Source: Nocardioides sp. | Lineage (GTDB): Bacteria > Actinomycetota > Actinomycetes > Propionibacteriales > Nocardioidaceae | Direction of reading: 5' to 3' | NCBI GenBank assembly: GCA_035554935.1 | Contig: DATMHM010000094.1 | Location: 460-64,459 of the forward strand | Length of the DNA: 64,000 nucleotides | Shown: piece by piece, positions 8,456 to 17,461 of the stretch | Numbering within the stretch: position 1 is the stretch's first letter | Layout of the letters: the number at the start of each line of letters is the position of its first letter | Translations under genes and position numbers: made by a program | The notes under the pieces: generated by a model | Told to the model about the DNA's origin: nothing | Database searches by the model: none | What the model saw: the letters and a program-made list of their open reading frames with translations, nothing else

Positions 8456-10074
8456 CGCCACTGCACCACCCATCGTCTGATCTGCTTGTCACTGCCGTCG
8501 TCACTGCCGTCGTCACTGCCGTCGTCGCTGCCGTCACCGGTGACGGCGTCGTCGGAGATGACCGTGCCCCCGAGCTGCTCGGCGAGCTCGCGGAGCGGGC
8601 CGATCGCCACCGGGCGGACCCCGAAGGGCGGGGTCGTGCCGCCGGTCCAGACGTCAGCATAGAGCGTGCCTCCGCCGCGCAGCGCCAGGGACGCGAAGCG
8701 CAGCAGGCCCTCCCGGCCGGTGCGGTTCGTGGCGTCCAGCACGTGGCGGGCGAGCACCACCCGCTCCCCGGGCTCACGCGCGACGCGGGCGCCCTCGGAG
8801 AGCACGGACCGGAAATCGGTGAGGTTGAGCTGCCGCGTGCGCAGGTCGAACCCCCGCTTGGTGGCGGAGGCGAGCGCACCCCTGCTGCCGCGCAGCACGT
8901 AGTCGTAGGCGGTGACGCTCCGACCGCGGGACGAGAGCCAGAAGGCGTCCTGCCCCAGTCCGGCGCCCACGTCGAGGACGCGGGCCTGTTCCGGAGCGAC
9001 GGCGTGGACGTGCTGCGCGAGGCTGGACGACCCGCGTCCCGGTGCGCGGCTGCCCGGGCCGGCGAGCCGGCGCTCCCAGTCCCGCTGGTAGACCGTCATC
9101 CCACGGAACCACTCGTTGAGCCGACGCGAGGTCGAGCGCGGCGTCTCGAACTTGTACGCCGGGTCCGGCACCCGCCACGAGGGGCCGTACATCGCCTCCA
9201 GGAGCTTCTCGGGTCGCGCTGGTGCGGGGTAGTCGCGACCGGCGAGGGTGCAGGTCCCGAGGGGGTGGAGCCAGGATTCCTCGTAGTCGACCCCGACCTC
9301 GCCGAGCAGGTAGAGGCGGCCGCCGTCCATGAAGCCGCCGAAGAGGTCGAGACCGCGGACCGAGCCGTCGCTCTCACGCACGTCGATCCGGAAGGCGGCA
9401 CCGCTGTAGCGGTAGGTCGCGAACCCGCGATCGATCACGGCGCGCTGCAGGTGGTAGGACTCGCGGACGACGTCGACCGGCGTGGTGTGGCGCGACACGT
9501 AGCCGAGGTCGGCGTCCGAGTCGTGGCCGAGGAACTGGCCCTCGCGGACGGCGCCGAGCAGGGTGCCGTAGGCCGGGAACGCCTCCACGCCGAGGTCGGC
9601 GAGCATGGCGATCACCGCGTCCATCGCGTCCAGGAGCGGGCGGAGGTGGTCCTCGCTGCGCCCGCCGAAGGTCGGGCTGAACCGGCCGGCCTTGTCGAGG
9701 CTGATCTCCAGGCCCTGGGAGTTCACGAACGCGACGCGGCCCTCGTCGTCGCCGAACTGCTGCTCGGCGTGCCACAGGTCGGTGCCGGCGACGTGCTCGC
9801 GCACGACGAGCTCGGTGCTGCCCCGGAGGTGGCGCTGCATCCGCTCGGGCCACTCGACCGTCCGGTGCGCGACCCGTCGCTCGACACGCTCGGTGTCGCG
9901 CAGCAGCCAGAAGGACCAGATCCGGCGCCCGTCGAAGAGCACGTCGACGACGCGGTCCTCACCGTGCACGACGAGGTGGAGCCCGTCGGCGTCGACGGCG
10001 ACGACCCGCGTCCGCCCCGCCCTGGCGAGGACCCAGCGGGCCGCACCCGCGGCCCGCGAGGTCAGCGCGGGCAC
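8452..10074 (-). CDS. LicD-family nucleotidyltransferase fused to a class I SAM methyltransferase
   Basis: YGTLLGAVREGQFLGHDSDADLG (LicD motif), LEAMYGPSWRVP; C-terminal VLDVGAGLGQDA SAM motif I. Confidence 0.8.
   Translation of the reverse strand: MPALTSRAAGAARWVLARAGRTRVVAVDADGLHLVVHGEDRVVDVLFDGRRIWSFWLLRDTERVERRVAHRTVEWPERMQRHLRGSTELVVREHVAGTDLWHAEQQFGDDEGRVAFVNSQGLEISLDKAGRFSPTFGGRSEDHLRPLLDAMDAVIAMLADLGVEAFPAYGTLLGAVREGQFLGHDSDADLGYVSRHTTPVDVVRESYHLQRAVIDRGFATYRYSGAAFRIDVRESDGSVRGLDLFGGFMDGGRLYLLGEVGVDYEESWLHPLGTCTLAGRDYPAPARPEKLLEAMYGPSWRVPDPAYKFETPRSTSRRLNEWFRGMTVYQRDWERRLAGPGSRAPGRGSSSLAQHVHAVAPEQARVLDVGAGLGQDAFWLSSRGRSVTAYDYVLRGSRGALASATKRGFDLRTRQLNLTDFRSVLSEGARVAREPGERVVLARHVLDATNRTGREGLLRFASLALRGGGTLYADVWTGGTTPPFGVRPVAIGPLRELAEQLGGTVISDDAVTGDGSDDGSDDGSDDGSDKQIRRWVVQWR
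8488..8535. repeat. 12-bp in-frame tandem repeat x4 (encodes DDGS)
   Basis: GTCACTGCCGTC x3 plus GTCGCTGCCGTC. Confidence 0.9.
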
Positions 10075-10076
10075 CG

Positions 10077-11441
10077 TCAGAAGTCCTTCTCCATGTTGGC
10101 GTAGGGGTCGAGGTTCTCCGGAACCCGGCTCGGCACGACCGGGCGGCTGCGCGGCGGGTTGTTGAACCAGTACTCGATGTGACGCTGGTAGGCCAGCGTC
10201 ACGCCCTTGATCCGGAAGACCCCGATGTTCTCGTCCGAGGCCTGGGAGAGCGCCGAGATGTTCGACGAGCCGTTCATCGTCCAGTAGGCCTCGCGGTCGT
10301 CGCCGATCCAACCGTTGACGGTCCACGCCTTGAGGTGGAAGTAGAGGTCGAAGACCTTGTCACCGTTCACGTCGGAGACGAGGTGGCGCAGCGGGACCGG
10401 GCCACGGCCCGTGCGCGCGGAGAGGATCCGCTTCGACTCGACGCCGATGATCGTGTAGCCGATCTTGACGTCGCAGCCGGCGTCCCACAGGTACTTGAGA
10501 CGTCGCGCGACGCGGTCGGACCAGCCGCCACGCATCACGTCCGGGGCAGCGCGGATCACGGTGCGGTGGTTGGCGTTCCCGCTCAGCGCGTTCTTGCAGC
10601 GGACCCGGTTGAGGGTGCTGAGCAGCGGGTCACTGGGGGCGTACTTCTCGCCCGCGGTGCGGTCGGCGATCCGCGGCGAGAAGAAGAGGTCGTAGTTCGT
10701 GGTGCGGTACTGCGCCCAGGCGGGCCAGGTGTTCTGGTCCTGCCACATCTGCATGTGGGTGCGCCGGGCGAAGTCGTAGACGCCCTTGCGGTTCACGTAG
10801 GTGTAGATGTCGTTCCACTGGTTGTTGGCCGACGCGCTGGTGAGGTTGGCCGAACCCTGGATCAGGACGTACTTCGTCTTGCCGATCGCCGAGAACAGGA
10901 AGTACTTGGCGTGCGCGGAGGCGGTGTCGCCCCGACGGCAGGCGCCCTGGCAGAGCTTCGCGTAGCTGCGGCGGTGCATCGCCAGGCCGTACTTCTTGTT
11001 GAAGTTGAGCAGGGCGGCACGGAGCCGGCGGAAGCCGGGGTTGGGGACCTCGGCGCTCGAGTTCGTCGCGTCCATCAGCACGAGGACGCGGACGCCCCGG
11101 TGCTGGGCGGCCAGCAGGGCGTCGACCGCCGCGTCGGACATGATGTTCCACGACATGATGCGGATCTCTTCGCGCGCCGGGACCCGCTGGATCGCGCCGA
11201 TGATCTTGTTGACGATCCGCTGCTTGGCAGCGCGGTCGCCGGTCGCGGAGTTGAACGTGATGCCGCCGGAGAAGCCACAGGTTCGAGTCACCCGCCAGCA
11301 GTCGTAGGCACCGGCGCGAGCCGCCGACACCGTCGCCGTCGCCTCGACGGACGAGACGGGCGCATGCGCGGTCGCGGGGACCGCCTGTGCCACGGACAGC
11401 GAACAGGCGAGGGCCACCAGGAACAACAACACTCGACGCAC
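10077..11441 (-). CDS. Secreted phospholipase D-like protein with two HxK motifs
   Basis: Signal peptide; AQHRGVRVLVLMD, AHAKYFLF...GSANLT, FHLKAWTV...GSSNIS; AAGGAG RBS. Confidence 0.82.
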   Translation of the reverse strand: MRRVLLFLVALACSLSVAQAVPATAHAPVSSVEATATVSAARAGAYDCWRVTRTCGFSGGITFNSATGDRAAKQRIVNKIIGAIQRVPAREEIRIMSWNIMSDAAVDALLAAQHRGVRVLVLMDATNSSAEVPNPGFRRLRAALLNFNKKYGLAMHRRSYAKLCQGACRRGDTASAHAKYFLFSAIGKTKYVLIQGSANLTSASANNQWNDIYTYVNRKGVYDFARRTHMQMWQDQNTWPAWAQYRTTNYDLFFSPRIADRTAGEKYAPSDPLLSTLNRVRCKNALSGNANHRTVIRAAPDVMRGGWSDRVARRLKYLWDAGCDVKIGYTIIGVESKRILSARTGRGPVPLRHLVSDVNGDKVFDLYFHLKAWTVNGWIGDDREAYWTMNGSSNISALSQASDENIGVFRIKGVTLAYQRHIEYWFNNPPRSRPVVPSRVPENLDPYANMEKDF

Positions 11442-11562
11442 GTCAGACAACTCCTTCGGCCCTGTCGGATCCCCGAGGTCGTGGCGGGAGCGCCACTGCG
11501 CAGGGGCGGACCGTGCCCCACAGCGTCGGACCACTGTACATAGGCAAACGGGCGCGAACCCC

Positions 11563-11588
11563 ATCACAGGCGGCATGCCGCCTGTGAT
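11563..11588. terminator. Perfect 26-bp palindrome (terminator or operator)
   Basis: ATCACAGGCGGCA|TGCCGCCTGTGAT between the lipoprotein stop and the PLD gene start. Confidence 0.55.
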
Positions 11589-11628
11589 CCACGCAATCAG
11601 GCGCCGTGCCAGCCACGGCCAGTCGCGG

Positions 11629-12045
11629 TCAGCCGCGGCAGGTCTCGACGGCGTCGGCGTAGGCCTGGTCGTCCAGCAACGGCCCCTCGGTGGCGGCGAT
11701 CGGTCCGCCCGCCACCGCCCAGTACCGGTCGTCGTAGCGCACCAGCGCCTGCCCGGACGAGCAGCCGAGCCGGTCGGGCGCGACGAGGAGGCCGTCGAGC
11801 GCGCAGCCGCGGTAGGCCCGCGGCAGGGTCGCGTCCGCCTGCCAGACGTCGGCGCACTCCGGCGTACCGGCCGGCGCGGGCGTGCTGCTCGCAGCCGCCG
11901 TGGAGGCGTCGTCCGTCGCCGGCGTCGACGCGGACCCGTTGGTCGTGGCCGGGTCGTCCGCCGATGCGTCGTCGCCCCCGCAGCCGGAGAGCAGCACCAG
12001 AGCGGTGGCCACGCCCGCGATCGCCGTCAGTCGTCGTGCACCCAT
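11629..12045 (-). CDS. Hypothetical lipoprotein
   Basis: Lipobox LLSGC; Ala/Thr/Ser linker; small Cys-containing domain. Confidence 0.8.
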   Translation of the reverse strand: MGARRLTAIAGVATALVLLSGCGGDDASADDPATTNGSASTPATDDASTAAASSTPAPAGTPECADVWQADATLPRAYRGCALDGLLVAPDRLGCSSGQALVRYDDRYWAVAGGPIAATEGPLLDDQAYADAVETCRG

Positions 12046-12114
12046 GGGGGCAGCGTAGCCCCGCACGGGGCGCCGGGCCGGGGTTCGGGGGATCCGACGG
12101 TAGCGTGGCCCTCC

Positions 12115-13368
12115 GTGAGCACCACCCCGTCCCGCGTGTTCGCGGCCAGGCTCGTCGGGCTCCCGATCTTCGACCCCCAGGGCGACCAGGTCGGGAAGGT
12201 CCGCGACCTCGTCGTCGCGATGCGGACCGAGGGCACCCAGCCACGGGTGCTGGGCCTGGTGGCCGAGGTGTTCGGGCGGCGGCGGATCTTCGTCCCGATG
12301 ACGCGGGTGACCAACATCGACAGCGGTCACGTCTACACCACGGGCCTGCTGAACATGCGGCGCTTCGAGCAGCGCTCGACGGAGACCCTGGTGATCGGGC
12401 AGATGCTCGACCGGACGGTCACCATCCAGGGCAGTGGCGTCACGGGCCACGTCTACGACGTGGCGATGGAGCCCGCCCGCAACCGCGACTGGGTGCTGAG
12501 CCGGGTCGCGGTGAAGGAGCCGTCGAAGGGCTTCCGGCGCCGCGGGCAGACCCACGTCGTCGAATGGCGCGACGTGGTCGGCCTGACCCGGCGCGACGAG
12601 GCCCAGGGCGCCACCCACCTGATCGCGGCCCTCAACGAGATGCGGCCCGCCGACGCGGCGAACCTGCTGCACGACCTGCCGCCGGACCGCCGCGCCGCGG
12701 TGGCGCTCGCGCTCGACGACGAGCGCCTCGCCGACGTGCTCGAGGAGCTCCCCGACAGCGACCAGGTCGAGATCCTCAAGGGCCTCGACTCCGAGCGCGC
12801 CGCCGACGTCCTCGAGGAGATGTCGCCCGACGACGCGGCCGACCTGGTGCGCGACCTGCCGCCGGAGACGGCGGAGATCCTGCTCGACCTGATGGAGCCG
12901 GACGAGGCCGAGGACGTGCGCCGGCTGCTGACCTACGTCGAGAACACCGCCGGCGCCATGATGACGCCCGAGCCGGTCATCCTCGGACCGGACGCGACCA
13001 TCGCCGACGCGCTCGCCCACGTGCGCAACCCGGAGCTCACGCCCGCACTGGCGGCGCTGGTCTACGTGTGTCGTCCCCCGCTCGAGGCGCCGACCGGCCG
13101 GCTGCTCGGCATCGCGCACATCCAGCGGCTGCTGCGGGAGCCCCCCTCGACGCTGGTGGCCGGCGCCCTGGACGACTCGCTGGAGTCGCTGCGCCCGGAG
13201 GCGACGATCGACGAGGTCGCCGCCCACCTCGCGACCTACAACCTGGTGGCCGCGCCCGTGGTCGACGAGAACGGCCGGCTGCTCGGCGCGGTCACCGTCG
13301 ACGACCTGCTCGACCACATGCTCCCCGCCAACTGGCGTGACCGCGCCCGCGCCCGGGGGCAGCGATGA
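12115..13368 (+). CDS. PRC-barrel / MgtE N-terminal / CBS domain protein
   Basis: LVGLPIFDPQGDQVGKVRDLV, LADVLEEL...DDAADL repeats, TAGAMMTPEP, GAVTVDDLLD; no TM domain. Confidence 0.9.
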   Translation: MSTTPSRVFAARLVGLPIFDPQGDQVGKVRDLVVAMRTEGTQPRVLGLVAEVFGRRRIFVPMTRVTNIDSGHVYTTGLLNMRRFEQRSTETLVIGQMLDRTVTIQGSGVTGHVYDVAMEPARNRDWVLSRVAVKEPSKGFRRRGQTHVVEWRDVVGLTRRDEAQGATHLIAALNEMRPADAANLLHDLPPDRRAAVALALDDERLADVLEELPDSDQVEILKGLDSERAADVLEEMSPDDAADLVRDLPPETAEILLDLMEPDEAEDVRRLLTYVENTAGAMMTPEPVILGPDATIADALAHVRNPELTPALAALVYVCRPPLEAPTGRLLGIAHIQRLLREPPSTLVAGALDDSLESLRPEATIDEVAAHLATYNLVAAPVVDENGRLLGAVTVDDLLDHMLPANWRDRARARGQR

Positions 13369-13928
13369 GCGACACCCACCGGATGCGCGAGCGCCTCGAC
13401 ACCCCGCGCGAGGAGCGCCGTCAACTGGTCCGCCGGCCCACGGTCAACAAGGACGCCTTCGGCGTCTTCGCCGAGCAGTTCGCCCGGTTCATGGGCACGG
13501 CGACCTTCCTGATCTACATGACCCTGTTCGTGCTCGCGTGGGTGGGCTGGAACCTGCTCGCACCCGCACACCTGCGCTGGGACGACTACCCGTTCATCTT
13601 CCTCACCCTGATGCTGAGCCTCCAGGCGTCGTACGCCGCCCCGCTGATCCTGCTCGCGCAGAACCGCCAGGAGGCACGCGACCGGGTGATCGCCGAGCAG
13701 GACAGGCAGGCCGACGCCCGGGCGCACGCCGACATGGAGTTCCTCGCCCGCGAGATGGCCTCGTTGCGGATGTCGGTCGGCGAGGTGGCGACCCGCGACT
13801 ACATCCGCTCCGAGCTGCGCAACCTGCTGTCCGACCTCGACGAGCGCGCGCAGGCCGACGACCGCCTCGAGGGCCGTGGGCAGTCTCACGAGGACGGCGC
13901 CGACCCGGGCCAGCCGGGCGCTACGTAG
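13365..13928 (+). CDS. DUF1003 membrane protein
   Basis: DYPFIFLTLMLSLQASYAAPLILLAQNRQ; ATGA overlap with the upstream gene. Confidence 0.92.
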   Translation: MSDTHRMRERLDTPREERRQLVRRPTVNKDAFGVFAEQFARFMGTATFLIYMTLFVLAWVGWNLLAPAHLRWDDYPFIFLTLMLSLQASYAAPLILLAQNRQEARDRVIAEQDRQADARAHADMEFLAREMASLRMSVGEVATRDYIRSELRNLLSDLDERAQADDRLEGRGQSHEDGADPGQPGAT

Positions 13929-13939
13929 ACTTGCCGGTC

Positions 13940-15124
13940 GTGAGCAGCACGCAGCAGTCCCCGTCCGTCGAGCAGGTCATGACCGCGCTCAGCAAGGTCA
14001 ACGACCCCGAGATCAAGCGGCCGATCACCGAGCTCGGGATGGTGGACTCCGTCGACATCGCCGCCGGCGAGGGCGGATCGGTCGTCACCGTGAAGGCGCT
14101 GCTCACCGTGGCGGGCTGCCCGCTCAAGGACACCATCAACCGGGACGTCACCGCCGCCGTGGCCGCGGTCCCCGGCGTCACCCAGGTCAAGGTCGACCTC
14201 GGCGTGATGACGGCCGAGCAGCGCTCCGGCCTGCACGAGACCCTGCGGGGCGGCCAGGCCCAGCGCGAGATCCCGTTCGCGCAGCCGGGCAACCTCACCA
14301 AGGTGTTCGCCATCGCGTCCGGCAAGGGCGGCGTCGGCAAGTCGTCGGTGACCGTCAACCTCGCGATCGCACTCGCACGCGCCGGCCGTCGGGTCGGTGT
14401 CGTCGACGCCGACATCTACGGCCACTCCGTTCCGGCGATGCTGGGGGTCGCCGACGCCCGGCCCACCCAGGTCGACGACCTGATCATGCCGGTGCCGACC
14501 CCGTCCGGCGTCTCGGTGATCTCCATCGGCATGCTCAAGCCGCGCCGCGACCAGGTGGTCGCGTGGCGCGGACCGATGCTCGACCGGGCACTCGTGCAGA
14601 TGCTCGCCGACGTCTACTGGGGCGACCTCGACGTGCTCCTGCTCGACCTGCCGCCCGGCACCGGCGACATCGCGATCTCGATGGGCCAGCACCTCCCGGG
14701 CGCCGAGGTGGTCGTCGTGACGACCCCGCAGGAGGCCGCCGCCGAGGTCGCCGAGCGGGCCGGCACGATGGCGTCGATGATGCACCAGCGCGTCGTCGGC
14801 GTCGTCGAGAACATGTCCTACCTCCCCTGCCCCCACTGCACGCCCGAGGGCAAGGACCACAAGCTGGAGATCTTCGGCTCCGGCGGCGGCGACCGGGTCG
14901 CCGAGACGCTGTCGCAGCGCTTCGGCTACGACGTCCCGGTGCTGGGCCGGATCCCGCTGGACGTCTCGCTGCGCGAGGGCGGCGACGCCGGCACGCCGAT
15001 CGTCGAGGCCGACCCGGCCGCCGCCTCCGCCCAGGCGCTCGCAGCGGTCGCGGACCGGCTCGACGGCCGCGGCCGCGGGCTGGCGGGCCTGCAGCTGGGC
15101 CTCACGCCGACGAGCAAGTTCTGA
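13940..15124 (+). CDS. mrp: Mrp/NBP35 Fe-S carrier ATPase
   Basis: DPEIKRPITELGMV, ASGKGGVGKSS, WRGPML, DLPPGTGD, ENMS, CPHC. Confidence 0.95.
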   Translation: MSSTQQSPSVEQVMTALSKVNDPEIKRPITELGMVDSVDIAAGEGGSVVTVKALLTVAGCPLKDTINRDVTAAVAAVPGVTQVKVDLGVMTAEQRSGLHETLRGGQAQREIPFAQPGNLTKVFAIASGKGGVGKSSVTVNLAIALARAGRRVGVVDADIYGHSVPAMLGVADARPTQVDDLIMPVPTPSGVSVISIGMLKPRRDQVVAWRGPMLDRALVQMLADVYWGDLDVLLLDLPPGTGDIAISMGQHLPGAEVVVVTTPQEAAAEVAERAGTMASMMHQRVVGVVENMSYLPCPHCTPEGKDHKLEIFGSGGGDRVAETLSQRFGYDVPVLGRIPLDVSLREGGDAGTPIVEADPAAASAQALAAVADRLDGRGRGLAGLQLGLTPTSKF

Positions 15125-15147
15125 CCGGCCCGGCGACCAGCTGACGG

Positions 15148-15186
15148 CCACGGACTGACCACGGACTGACCACGGACTGATCACGG
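15148..15186. repeat. 11-bp intergenic tandem repeat x3.5
   Basis: CCACGGACTGA at 15148, 15159 and 15170, then TCACGG. Confidence 0.9.
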
Positions 15187-15195
15187 GGGACGACG

Positions 15196-15549
15196 GTGTT
15201 CGGAATCGGCTTCGGCGAGCTCGTGGTGATCGCGTTCCTCGCCGTGCTCGTCTTCGGCCCCGACCGGCTCCCCGAGCTGGCCCAGCAGGCCGGCCGGTTC
15301 GCTCGCCAGCTGCGCAGGTTCGCCACGAACGCCAGGGACGAGCTGCGCGCCGAGCTCGGCCCCGAGTACGCCGACCTCGAGTTGGCCGACCTCGACCCCA
15401 GGGCGATCGTGCGCAAGCACATCGCCGAGGCGATGGCCGAGCTCGACGAGCTCGAGGACGCGGTCCGCAGCGACCTCGCCGACGAGCCCGCACGGCAGCG
15501 CCCGCTCGAGGCCGGCGAGCGGCCGCCGTACGACCTCGACGCGACCTGA
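15196..15549 (+). CDS. tatB: Sec-independent translocase subunit, TatB-like
   Basis: MFGIGFGELVVIAFLAVLVFGPDRLP; C-terminal PPYDLDAT. Confidence 0.85.
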   Translation: MFGIGFGELVVIAFLAVLVFGPDRLPELAQQAGRFARQLRRFATNARDELRAELGPEYADLELADLDPRAIVRKHIAEAMAELDELEDAVRSDLADEPARQRPLEAGERPPYDLDAT

Positions 15550-15575
15550 ACCTGAACTGAACCCCACCCCTGCCG

Positions 15576-16112
15576 TCAGGCGCGGGACTGTGCGGCCGCG
15601 AGGCCGCCGAAGGCGACGAGGACCGTACGACGTCCCTCGCCCTCGACCAGCTCGCAGAAGTCGGCGCCGACCCGGCGCAGCGCGCCGTCGTGGCGCCCGC
15701 CGTCGGCCAGGTGGACCACGCACTCCTCCCCCGCCTCGGCGATCCGGCGCAGCGCCGAGGCCAGCCCCAGCCGGGTGAGCGGTGACCACGCCACCTCGGG
15801 CACGGACCGGACCGATGCCCCGGCGACCGAGACCACGGCGGCGAGGTTGACGACCCAGTCGTGCTCTCCCGCCGAGAGCAGCAGCCAGCCCTCGGCGACC
15901 CGCTCGACCATGCCGGCGAGCGTGCCGACGCCGCGGACGGTGATCGTCACCTCGCTGCCAACGGTGGCCATCAGGCGGCTCGCGAGGGTGACCTGCTGGT
16001 ACTCCGCCCGGCTGCGGTCGGCCACCTCGGCCGTGCGGTCCGCCGCGTAGAGCGCGCTGGCCTGGTCCTCCAGGTCGTCGAACAGCGCGAACAGCTCGTC
16101 CTCCCAGCCCAT
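15576..16112 (-). CDS. Conserved actinobacterial hypothetical protein
   Basis: MGWEDELFALFDDLE...RRVGADFCEL; strong codon bias. Confidence 0.75.
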   Translation of the reverse strand: MGWEDELFALFDDLEDQASALYAADRTAEVADRSRAEYQQVTLASRLMATVGSEVTITVRGVGTLAGMVERVAEGWLLLSAGEHDWVVNLAAVVSVAGASVRSVPEVAWSPLTRLGLASALRRIAEAGEECVVHLADGGRHDGALRRVGADFCELVEGEGRRTVLVAFGGLAAAQSRA

Positions 16113-16245
16113 GGGTCCACCCTCGCACGCCCGCCCGATCCGCACTGCGGAGGGGCGGGCACCGGCACCTGTGGAGAAACGGTTGACTTCGCCTGAGAAC
16201 GCACTCATCCTGATGCAAACAGAAGCAAACGCAAAGGTTCTCGGG

Positions 16246-16872
16246 ATGGATCACGCACGCACGACCGCGGCACGCCGTCGGGCCGCCCTGCTCTGGGCAG
16301 TCGTCACGGGCCTGATCGCGGCCCTGGCCTCCGTGGCCGGGCCGGTCGCGACCAGCCTGGCGACCGACCCAGCCCCGCGCTTCGACGCCCTGCTGGTGCA
16401 GGCCTGCGCCGCGCTCTCGCTCGTCGCCGCCGGAGCCCTGTGGCTGGCCACCACCGACGTCGCGCTCGACGTCCTGCGCCGTTCCGGACCGGTCCGCCGC
16501 GACGTCGGCCCGGTCCGCGCGGCCCTGCTGGCGCTGTGCGGCGTCGCCGTGCTGTCCGGTACGACGATCGCGCACGCCGCCGCGCACGACGGCCCACGCG
16601 CGCCACTGGCCGCCGGGGCCCTCGACGGCCTCCCCCTGCCGGACCGGGCCGAGGGAGGCGCGGGATCGCGAGACAACGGCGCCCCTGTGGTGCAGGTCCG
16701 TCCGGGCGACAGCCTCTGGTCGATCGCCGCTCGGACGCTCGGTCCGCACGCGTCCGCGGCCGACCTCACGTCGTACTGGCACCGCATCCACGCCCGCAAC
16801 GCCACCACCATCGGCCCCGACCCCGACCTCGTCCACCCCGGCCAGCGCCTGCACCTCCCGCCGACGCACTGA
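16246..16872 (+). CDS. Membrane protein with C-terminal LysM domain
   Basis: Hydrophobic segments, then VQVRPGDSLWSIA...DPDLVHPGQRLHLP. Confidence 0.88.
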   Translation: MDHARTTAARRRAALLWAVVTGLIAALASVAGPVATSLATDPAPRFDALLVQACAALSLVAAGALWLATTDVALDVLRRSGPVRRDVGPVRAALLALCGVAVLSGTTIAHAAAHDGPRAPLAAGALDGLPLPDRAEGGAGSRDNGAPVVQVRPGDSLWSIAARTLGPHASAADLTSYWHRIHARNATTIGPDPDLVHPGQRLHLPPTH

Positions 16873-16906
16873 GGCACGTCCCACCTCGTCACCCGAAGGA
16901 GCAACC

Positions 16907-17416
16907 ATGTCCGCTGCCACCACCGAGCTCGTCGGCATCCGGCTCGCCGTCCCGGTCGCGCCCACCCAGGGAACCCTCGCGCTCGCCCTCCTCCCCCGTC
17001 AGGGGCCACCGACGGCGCCCGCCCCCACCAGCAGGCCCGGGGCGGCCGTGGTGCCGATCGACCGGCGCCTGCGACGCACCATCGAGGAGTGGGCCCACCG
17101 GTTCACCCAGGCGGCGGTCGAGATCGTCGGCGGCGACCGGCCGGTCTCGCAGCTGGTGCGCTGGACGTCGCCGGATGTCCATGCGGACCTGCGGCTGCGG
17201 GCACACCTGGTGGCCCGCGCCGGCGGTCACCAGCCGGGACTGGGCCGGGTGCAGCAGGTGCGCCCGCGCGTGCAGAGCGTGCACGCGTGCTTCGTCAACG
17301 ACCGGGTCGTCGAGGCCGGCGTCCACGTCCGCCACGGCGAGCGCTCACGGGCGGTCGCCGTCCGGTTCGAGCTCATCGACCAGCGCTGGATCTGCACCGC
17401 CCTCGACTTCTCCTGA
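16907..17416 (+). CDS. Rv3235-family (DUF6459) protein
   Basis: AAVEIVGGDRPVSQLVRW...RSRAVAVRFE...WICTALD; next to the 3' end of secA. Confidence 0.85.
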   Translation: MSAATTELVGIRLAVPVAPTQGTLALALLPRQGPPTAPAPTSRPGAAVVPIDRRLRRTIEEWAHRFTQAAVEIVGGDRPVSQLVRWTSPDVHADLRLRAHLVARAGGHQPGLGRVQQVRPRVQSVHACFVNDRVVEAGVHVRHGERSRAVAVRFELIDQRWICTALDFS

Positions 17417-17461
17417 AGGTGACACCTGTTCAGATGTGACGAGAGTCACTACCTTGCGTCC

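Noticed and set aside
2390-11441. PLD and EEP proteins as an anti-phage nuclease system
   Set aside because: They carry signal peptides or membrane anchors and sit with glycan-modifying genes; there is no helicase, DNA methylase or ATPase partner
12115-13368. Complete MgtE magnesium channel or a truncated pseudogene
   Set aside because: The soluble PRC/MgtE-N/CBS protein plus DUF1003 is the normal actinobacterial arrangement
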